From: Oceanispirochaeta sp.
GTDB lineage: Bacteria; Spirochaetota; Spirochaetia; DSM-2461
Length of the DNA: 64,000 bases
Assembly (NCBI GenBank): GCA_963663385.2
Contig: CAXXXD010000003.1
Span: 704,001-768,000, forward strand
Direction: 5' to 3'
Made by a program: the position numbers and the translations under genes. Below, piece after piece: positions 57,465 through 64,000 of this stretch; position 1 is the first letter of the stretch; every line of letters begins with the position of its first letter. Under the pieces are notes generated by a model. That model had not been told where the DNA came from. It searched no databases and saw only the letters and a list, made by a program, of their open reading frames with translations.

Positions 57465-59111
57465 GTGAAAGCCGATGCCATGAAGGGGGTATATTACCTC
57501 CTCGCTTTTGCTCTCCTTTGCTTTACCGCTTTTCCGGTCCTCTCCGTTTTCCTGTACGGGTTATTCCCCCTTTCGGCAGACGGGGAGCTGGGGAGCATGG
57601 TGCTCAGATCTCTACCCTATCTGAAAAACAGCTTTTTTATTGCTTTAATTGTCACACCGGCAGCAGTCCTCATCGGGCTGGCTGCCACACTGGCCGTTCA
57701 CAGGTTCGCATCTCCGTTTAACAGATTTTTCAGACCTGTAATTCTTCTCTCACTGATCCATCCCCCTTTTGTGGGAAGTATAGCCTTTATCATGCTCTTC
57801 GGTAAAAGAGGGCTTGTAACCCACGATCTGCTTCATCTCGACGTCAGTCCCTACGGATGGCAGGGAATAGCCCTGATGCAGTTTCTGGGAATGGGATCCA
57901 TGGCTTATCTTATCATCTCCAGCTCTGTAGGGAAATCAGATCCCCTTATTGAGGATGCGGCGCGGAACCTTGGAATCTCTGAATGGAAAATCTTCCGGGA
58001 TATCACCCTGAGATCCATGTCTCCCGAACTTTCATCCGCAGCCATCCTGGTTTTTCTGGCATCGATGGCCGATTTCGGTACGCCTTTAATTATCGGCGGT
58101 CCTTTTCAGACTCTGGCATCCGATCTCTACATACAGATTACCGGACTATACGATATGCGATCGGCCTCTGTTTCGGGAATCCTGCTTCTTGTCCCCTGCA
58201 TAGTCCTTTTTGTATATCAGAGGCGGCTCAACAGGAAAAAGGCTTATTACGCCATGGCTCTTTCCGGCGGATCTATTCACTTCCGGCATTTCAGCCGCTT
58301 TGTAAAGATCCCTGCTGTCGGTATAACCCTGCTCTATACTCTTTTTATCCTTCTCAAATACGGCTTTATTTTTATCGGTGCCTTTACCGAGCACTGGGGA
58401 TACGATTATTCTCTGACTCTGCGCCATCTGATAAAAGTTCTTCAGAAAGACCTGTCCCCCTTTGTCAACAGTGTGCTTCTGGCATTTTTTACAGCATTGT
58501 TCTCTTCGCTGGCGGGTGTTTTTCTCAGTTATGTCGTAAAAACAAAAAAATGGGCTTTTCTGGCTGTTTCCGATGTTCTGGCGACTCTTCCCGCCGCTGT
58601 TCCGGGAATACTTCTGGGGATCGGGTATCTGGTTACGTTTAAGTACCCTGTGCTGGGGATCGGTCGTTTTATTCTGAAGGACCTGTCACCCCTTATTCTT
58701 CTGGGTACGGGAATCATCATTTACATCATCTGTATTTTCCGGTATATGAATGTGGGGCTGAGAACCGGGTATGCCCTGCTGGAGCATATCAATCCCAATA
58801 TCGAGGAAGCAGCCAGAAATCTGGGACAAAGTGAAAACAGAATTTTCTCAGGTATCATGCTGCCCCTTCTGTCTCCGGCTTTCCGGACATCGTTTTTCAA
58901 GGTTTTTTCCACAACCATGACCACTCTCGGGGCAATTATATTCCTGCTGCTCCCTTCAAATAAAGTAGCTGTTCAGTCTATATTTCAGATTATCACGAGC
59001 AGCGAAAGAGGGGTAGCGGCTTCAATGGCTTTACTTCTTTCTCTGACTACCGGGCTTATGCTCGGTATATTCCGGTTATTAAATGCATTGATAGCAAAGA
59101 AGAGAATATGA
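57465..59111 (+). CDS. ABC permease (FbpB-like, two EAA loops)
   Basis: EDAARNLG and EEAARNLG; DFGTP. Confidence 0.9.
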   Translation: MKADAMKGVYYLLAFALLCFTAFPVLSVFLYGLFPLSADGELGSMVLRSLPYLKNSFFIALIVTPAAVLIGLAATLAVHRFASPFNRFFRPVILLSLIHPPFVGSIAFIMLFGKRGLVTHDLLHLDVSPYGWQGIALMQFLGMGSMAYLIISSSVGKSDPLIEDAARNLGISEWKIFRDITLRSMSPELSSAAILVFLASMADFGTPLIIGGPFQTLASDLYIQITGLYDMRSASVSGILLLVPCIVLFVYQRRLNRKKAYYAMALSGGSIHFRHFSRFVKIPAVGITLLYTLFILLKYGFIFIGAFTEHWGYDYSLTLRHLIKVLQKDLSPFVNSVLLAFFTALFSSLAGVFLSYVVKTKKWAFLAVSDVLATLPAAVPGILLGIGYLVTFKYPVLGIGRFILKDLSPLILLGTGIIIYIICIFRYMNVGLRTGYALLEHINPNIEEAARNLGQSENRIFSGIMLPLLSPAFRTSFFKVFSTTMTTLGAIIFLLLPSNKVAVQSIFQIITSSERGVAASMALLLSLTTGLMLGIFRLLNALIAKKRI

Positions 59112-60175
59112 AAAAAGTAAAACTATCCATCAGTCAGCTTCGGCAGAATTACGGAGGAGAACCGGTTCTGAAAGGGATCTCCCTGGATATTTATGAAGGA
59201 GAAACCCTGGTTGTTCTCGGCCCTTCGGGGTGCGGTAAAACATCTCTGCTTAAATCGATTGCCGGGCTGGTCCCTGTCGATGGGGGAACACTTCTTCTCG
59301 ACGGCGCAAATGTTGAAGCTCTTCCTCCCCAGGAAAGAAAAACTGCTATGATTTTCCAGAATTATGCTCTTTTCCCCCATATGACTGTTGAGGAAAATCT
59401 GTCATATGGATTGACTGTTAAAGGCCGGAAACCGGAGAACCGCAGTGAAAATATCCGCAATATTCTCAGACTTCTCAAACTCGAAGGGTTTGAGAACAGA
59501 CCGGTTACGGAGCTTAGCGGCGGACAGCAGCAGCGGGTCGCTATCGGTCGTGCCATGATCATAGGGCCTTCGGTTCTCCTCTTTGATGAACCCCTGAGCA
59601 ACCTGGATGAAAACCTGCGAAAACTGATGAGGAGAGAGATAAGAACCATTCTGCGTGATGCCAATGTCACAAGCCTGTATGTAACCCACGACCAGAACGA
59701 AGCCCTTGCAATGGCAGACAGGATTGTTGTGATGAAAGAGGGGGTGATCGAACAGATTGCAACTCCCGGGGAGCTGCACTTCAAGCCGGCAAATACCTAT
59801 GTCGCCCGCTTTCTCGGTTACGGGAATATTTTTACCTGTGAACAGCGGGACGGCCGGTTTTTTCTTTTCGGTCAGGAAGTCCCTGTTTCACCCGGAAGAG
59901 GATCGGATCCGGTTTCCGTACTTATCAGGCCTGAGGATCTGGAGCTTCTGGCAGCGGGTGAACCACCGCAGGGCGCTCTAAGCGGAACCGTAACGGATGT
60001 GGAAATTCAGAGCAGTGTTATCCGGTATAAAGTGAAAACCGCAGAAGCGGAGTTTGATGTCGCCCTTCTCAACTGCCGTGACGGTGCCATGCTTTCTCCA
60101 GGCCATTCCGTTTTTCTCAAGGTGAAAAGTGAAAATTTTCATATTCTCCGTTCTGTAGAGAGGGTAGATCCGTGA
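59108..60175 (+). CDS. ABC ATP-binding protein (FbpC/PotA-like, TOBE)
   Basis: GPSGCGKT, LSGGQQQR, FDEPLSNLD. Confidence 0.93.
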   Translation: MKKVKLSISQLRQNYGGEPVLKGISLDIYEGETLVVLGPSGCGKTSLLKSIAGLVPVDGGTLLLDGANVEALPPQERKTAMIFQNYALFPHMTVEENLSYGLTVKGRKPENRSENIRNILRLLKLEGFENRPVTELSGGQQQRVAIGRAMIIGPSVLLFDEPLSNLDENLRKLMRREIRTILRDANVTSLYVTHDQNEALAMADRIVVMKEGVIEQIATPGELHFKPANTYVARFLGYGNIFTCEQRDGRFFLFGQEVPVSPGRGSDPVSVLIRPEDLELLAAGEPPQGALSGTVTDVEIQSSVIRYKVKTAEAEFDVALLNCRDGAMLSPGHSVFLKVKSENFHILRSVERVDP

Positions 60176-60804
60176 TAATTGACCTGCATTTCCATACGAA
60201 AGCTTATTCCTCCTGCAGCCGCATCATCCTGGAAGAGGGGGTGGCGCGGGCTGCTTCCATTGGCCTTGATGCCATCTGTCTTACTGAACACGATGTGTTT
60301 CCCCGGTACCGGGAGATTCCAGAGTTAGAAAAGCGATTTGGAATCAGGATCTTTTCCGGTGTGGAAATTTATACGGTTCAGGGAGACATACTCTGCTTCG
60401 GTCTCGACAGGCTTCCTTCGGGAAGAGTTGATGCCGCTGCGCTTGTAAACCGGGTGGCGGAACAGGGGGGGGCCACCATAGCCGCACATCCTTTCAGGAA
60501 TAACGACAGAGGCGTGGGGGAGCTGATCACCGCGCTTCCGGGGCTTTCCGCCGTTGAAGCCTGGAATGGAAATACCTCTTATGAGAATAATCTGAAAGCA
60601 TTGAAAATGGCTGAATCACAGAGTATTCCCGTTACGGGCTCCAGTGATTCCCATCGTCTGGAGAGGATAGGCCTTTACGCAACGGAATTCCGGGATAGGA
60701 TAGGAACAAAGAGAGAACTGATTTCAGCTCTCAGAAGCGGTTCATTCAAACCGGTTATATACAATGCGGAGACCGGGGTATTCGACACGATATCCATTAG
60801 CTGA
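60172..60804 (+). CDS. PHP-family phosphoesterase
   Basis: DLHFHT, TEH, AAHP, GSSDSH. Confidence 0.9.
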   Translation: MIIDLHFHTKAYSSCSRIILEEGVARAASIGLDAICLTEHDVFPRYREIPELEKRFGIRIFSGVEIYTVQGDILCFGLDRLPSGRVDAAALVNRVAEQGGATIAAHPFRNNDRGVGELITALPGLSAVEAWNGNTSYENNLKALKMAESQSIPVTGSSDSHRLERIGLYATEFRDRIGTKRELISALRSGSFKPVIYNAETGVFDTISIS

Positions 60805-61295
60805 TCATTTCAGTGTCAACTTCATTAATCAACTCACCGGAATATATTCAATTATAAAGGGATATAAATGGTTTTTAATGAATACAGAATGGAAAACAGT
60901 GCGGTGAAGAATACCCGCACGGAACTATAGGTAAATTGGGCCGGTACGGGATTTAAGCTCGTTCAGCTTTTCCCGCACCACATCAGGTATATTTCTCTGT
61001 TTTCCGGCTGACCTGAGAAGAGACTCTATCAGAGGTCAGTATCCGAATGACCGCCGTAAAGCAGGCGGCCTCCAGGATAGCTGTTTTCAAATATACTTCT
61101 GTCTTCCTATGGTTTCTAGCTCTTAAAAACAGATCTGACCGGGACCACTGCAGTGGCTCTGCGGTATTTGCATTTAAAAATGAATGTGCAATAATTAAAA
61201 AAGCGGACCGGTTGCGTGGAATAGACAGGCTTTCCGCAGCAAAAGGGGTATTCCCATCAGATGCGTTTGGTGAAAAGGAAGAGGAGGTGCATTCA

Positions 61296-62300
61296 ATGTC
61301 TCGGAATGAACGACACAATGATTTTCTGAAAAATGCCTGGAACCAGTGCACCGCAAATTGTGCCGAATATTTTTCATCCACCTACAACCTTCATTATTCC
61401 ATGAAAGACAGGATAGACAATATTGATCTGTACGGATCCACCTTTACCTCCAGCCCCCACAGATACATCGGCAGAGACAGTCTGACAGCCGAAGGCGGAA
61501 TCAATCTTTCTCAGAATATCAGTCCTCTCCAGGACAATCTCGGCGATATTTATCTGAAATACAGCCATTACAATCTGATTGCCTATCTGAAATCAGTCAG
61601 ACAGGAGATTCTGGCGATGGTCAATGGAGATGAGGCATCCGTTCTCGCTCTCCCGGAAAGTTTTAAAGACTCAATAGACAGTCTGCTCTCCATCTGGAAA
61701 TTCCGGATCAACAGTGAGTTTGATTATTCCACAATAACCTATACGGATCACCTTGAAGATCCGCTGAACGAGGACGACAGGGTTACCATTCAGCCGGTAT
61801 ACAGCGTCATGATCTACCATGAGCTGGGGCACCTTTATTATAACCTTTACAACGGAAGAATCATAAAGGACATCCCCGAATATCTGCTGGAGGACTCCGG
61901 GATAAATGAGAAGAGAAGGGTCTTTGAACAAATTGTGGAAGACAACCATATGGGGTCGCTGTGTCCCGATAAATATGAAGAGTATTTTGCTGATAATTTT
62001 TCTTATATGAATTGTTCCCGCCTGCTGGGCGGATTATCCCGTATAGAACCATTCTACCTTTCTCTATACGGCATAATCATGAATCTGGTTATACTGGAGA
62101 TCAAGAATTACTACCTGGGAATCGATGAGTCCGACAGTCATCCAACTTCCCGTGAAAGAATCGAGTTTATATACGGGTATATCAAGGTTGTAAACACTGG
62201 GCGATTCCCGGATTATTTCCGAAACTCCGGCAGAATCTGCCGGGCGGGAATGGATATTGTTTCTCTGGTTAGAGATCATTTAAGGAGTAATCATGCATAA
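61296..62300 (+). CDS. HEXXH zinc metallopeptidase (Lit/U49- or M48-like)
   Basis: IYHELGH, EEYFAD, SHPTSRERI; strong GAGGAGG RBS before ATG 61296. Confidence 0.7.
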   Translation: MSRNERHNDFLKNAWNQCTANCAEYFSSTYNLHYSMKDRIDNIDLYGSTFTSSPHRYIGRDSLTAEGGINLSQNISPLQDNLGDIYLKYSHYNLIAYLKSVRQEILAMVNGDEASVLALPESFKDSIDSLLSIWKFRINSEFDYSTITYTDHLEDPLNEDDRVTIQPVYSVMIYHELGHLYYNLYNGRIIKDIPEYLLEDSGINEKRRVFEQIVEDNHMGSLCPDKYEEYFADNFSYMNCSRLLGGLSRIEPFYLSLYGIIMNLVILEIKNYYLGIDESDSHPTSRERIEFIYGYIKVVNTGRFPDYFRNSGRICRAGMDIVSLVRDHLRSNHA

Positions 62301-62643
62301 TTTGAAGATTGTAGGGCCATCCACGGAACTGGAAATACTGTCGGGGCTTCTGCCGGGTTCCTTTGAGTACAGGGAACAGACGGTCAGGCCCGGACTCTCG
62401 GAGAAAAAAGATTTCGGTGATGTAGGGGCGGTCATCCTGGGTTCCTTTGCAAGCGGAACACTTGGTCAGATCCTGGTGATCATAGCCCGGTACATCAAAG
62501 ATAAAAAAGAAAAATATATTGATATTGAGACCGAAGACGGCATGAAATTCCGGGTGCCCTACAATATCAGCGATGAAGATCTGGATGAATTGTTGTCAAA
62601 AATCGACAGGATCAGATCAAATCTGCATCTGACACTGAGGTGA
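62293..62643 (+). CDS. Small EACC1-like protein with central hydrophobic hairpin
   Basis: PG..FGDVGAVILGSFASGTLGQILVIIARYI then IDIETEDG.K.RV...DLDELL; overlaps peptidase stop; AAGGAG RBS. Confidence 0.55.
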   Translation: MHNLKIVGPSTELEILSGLLPGSFEYREQTVRPGLSEKKDFGDVGAVILGSFASGTLGQILVIIARYIKDKKEKYIDIETEDGMKFRVPYNISDEDLDELLSKIDRIRSNLHLTLR

Positions 62644-62729
62644 TGAAATTGATTACGACAAATGTATTTAGAAAGCACCTGTGAAAATTTAAATAAGTCG
62701 GGTAGGATGTTAAAAGGAAAATATAAACA

Positions 62730-63560
62730 GTGATCAACCATAAGAAAATACTGGGTTCCTATAGAAATGACTGGTACAACACTGACTTTCTGGAATTATT
62801 AAATAAAAGGTATGATTTTAAATCAAAAAACAAGATTCTCGATGTGGGATGCGGGGAGTATCACTGGATACTCAATTTTATCAATTTCTTTAATCAGAAT
62901 GCGCAAATTACAGGTATAGATATCAATGACATTGATGCTGAAATCTTATCTGGCTTACAGGCCGCTGCAAAAGATACCATCAGAGAACTGAACTTTATAA
63001 AATCATCATCTGATAAACTTCCCTTCGATGATGAGTCATTTGATCTGGTTACATGTCAGACACTTATGATACATCTGGAGAATCCATTGGAAACATTAGC
63101 TGAAATGAAGAGGGTAGTAAAACAGGGCGGCCTGATTCTAATATCAGAACCTAATAATCTAGCTCAGGCGGTTTTTATTAATAGCATAAACATTAAAGAA
63201 TCAATCGACGAGAAGATACACTTTATCAGAGAAAAAATGAAAAGTGATGAATTAAAAATAGAAAGCTGTCAGGGAAATAACTCGATAGGAGAATTGATTC
63301 CTGTATATCTGAAACAGATCGGTTTGGAAAATATACAGTGTTATTTAAATGACAAAGTTACTCGACTGACCAGTCCATACAGTTCTGAATCAGAAAAGCG
63401 GAAAATCAGAATGTTGAAATCTCTGATTACCGATTATCCATTTAAGTTTTCTGAATCAGAAAAAGTTAAAATACAGAGAATTGTTGATGATATAAGCAGC
63501 GGAGATTACTGGTCCTATTCACCGACAATGTTATTTATATCTTCCGGAATTAAGGGATAA
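62730..63560 (+). CDS. Class I SAM-dependent methyltransferase
   Basis: ILDVGCG, TGIDIN, LPFDDESFDLV, LAEMKRVVKQGG. Confidence 0.88.
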   Translation: MINHKKILGSYRNDWYNTDFLELLNKRYDFKSKNKILDVGCGEYHWILNFINFFNQNAQITGIDINDIDAEILSGLQAAAKDTIRELNFIKSSSDKLPFDDESFDLVTCQTLMIHLENPLETLAEMKRVVKQGGLILISEPNNLAQAVFINSINIKESIDEKIHFIREKMKSDELKIESCQGNNSIGELIPVYLKQIGLENIQCYLNDKVTRLTSPYSSESEKRKIRMLKSLITDYPFKFSESEKVKIQRIVDDISSGDYWSYSPTMLFISSGIKG

Positions 63561-63889
63561 TTCTTCGATGGCTATATAAACGGTTACTGCTAAGTGTGAG
63601 AAGCCTGTTGACTGCGGATCTACAGTAAAAGAGAATCTTGAAATTATAAAATGGAATGGATGCAAAATAAGAATCCTCCCTATTGGATATCAGCAAAATT
63701 CAAGTAGAATACGAAGAGGAGAAGAAAGAGTAAATACGATAGAAGAATATCTTAAATTTAATGAATCAAAATATAAAGAGGCGTGTTAGAGCTATAATAT
63801 CTTACTGAAAATACTATTGGTAAATAATATTGGATGAGAAATTATATGAAAAATATAATAATTAATAAGATGAAAAAGCAGGTGGAAAA

Positions 63890-64000
63890 ATGGAATTGAG
63901 AATTGAACGAGTTTATGAAGAATGCCGTAAAGAAGTCCTTGATATATTTAACTACTATATAAAAAATACGACAGCAGCATATAGAGAAGATATTGTTGAT
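63890..64000 (+). CDS. Partial GNAT (phosphinothricin acetyltransferase-like) N-terminus
   Basis: MELRIERVYEECRKEVLDIFNYYIKNTTAAY; runs off right edge. Confidence 0.55.
   Translation, partial: MELRIERVYEECRKEVLDIFNYYIKNTTAAYREDIVD

Noticed and set aside
61047..61295. Upstream extension of the peptidase ORF and overlapping minus-strand ORF 60983-61381
   Set aside because: Strong RBS at 61281-87 favours ATG 61296; no recognisable motif in the extension
63568..63789. Open stretch after an early stop (…PVDCGSTVKENLEIIKWNG…)
   Set aside because: Possibly a gene fragment, but no valid start and no confident family; not annotated

Overview
Bacterial chromosomal window, probably from a fermentative anaerobe (spirochaete-like; taxonomy is inference only). 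1-23.0 kb and 56.3-60.8 kb are housekeeping DNA: a 7TM-DISM sensor, a pyrF-pyrE fusion, mscS, efp/epmA, an acyl-CoA ligase, ackA, an hfs-like sensory [FeFe]-hydrogenase operon divergent from adhE, and an ABC importer with a PHP gene. 23.5-56.2 kb is an AT-rich integron cassette array with no integrase in the window (CALIN-like). It has at least 12 cassettes delimited by attC sites readable directly from the sequence (R''/L''/L'/R' boxes, extrahelical bases, cassette start complementary to its own R''). Cassette cargo is mostly defence-like: DUF2971-like, ApeA-like HEPN, PIN-GNAT-PUA plus ASCH, type II m5C R-M, truncated type IIG R-M, Fic, and Phd/RelE. There are also four copies of an ORF-less ~393-bp cassette with a base-paired body and an unusually long (173-176 bp) attC. 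Its loop carries a conserved promoter-like motif, and this attC family precedes every promoterless coding cassette. The array is parasitised by a group IIC-attC intron (2 insertions), a class D-like intron remnant, an IS1182 sitting exactly at the attC GTT crossover, three IS66 copies and an IS21. At 61.3-62.6 kb, a HEXXH (Lit/U49-like) peptidase is coupled to a small EACC1-like hydrophobic protein, a candidate protease-activated defence module.
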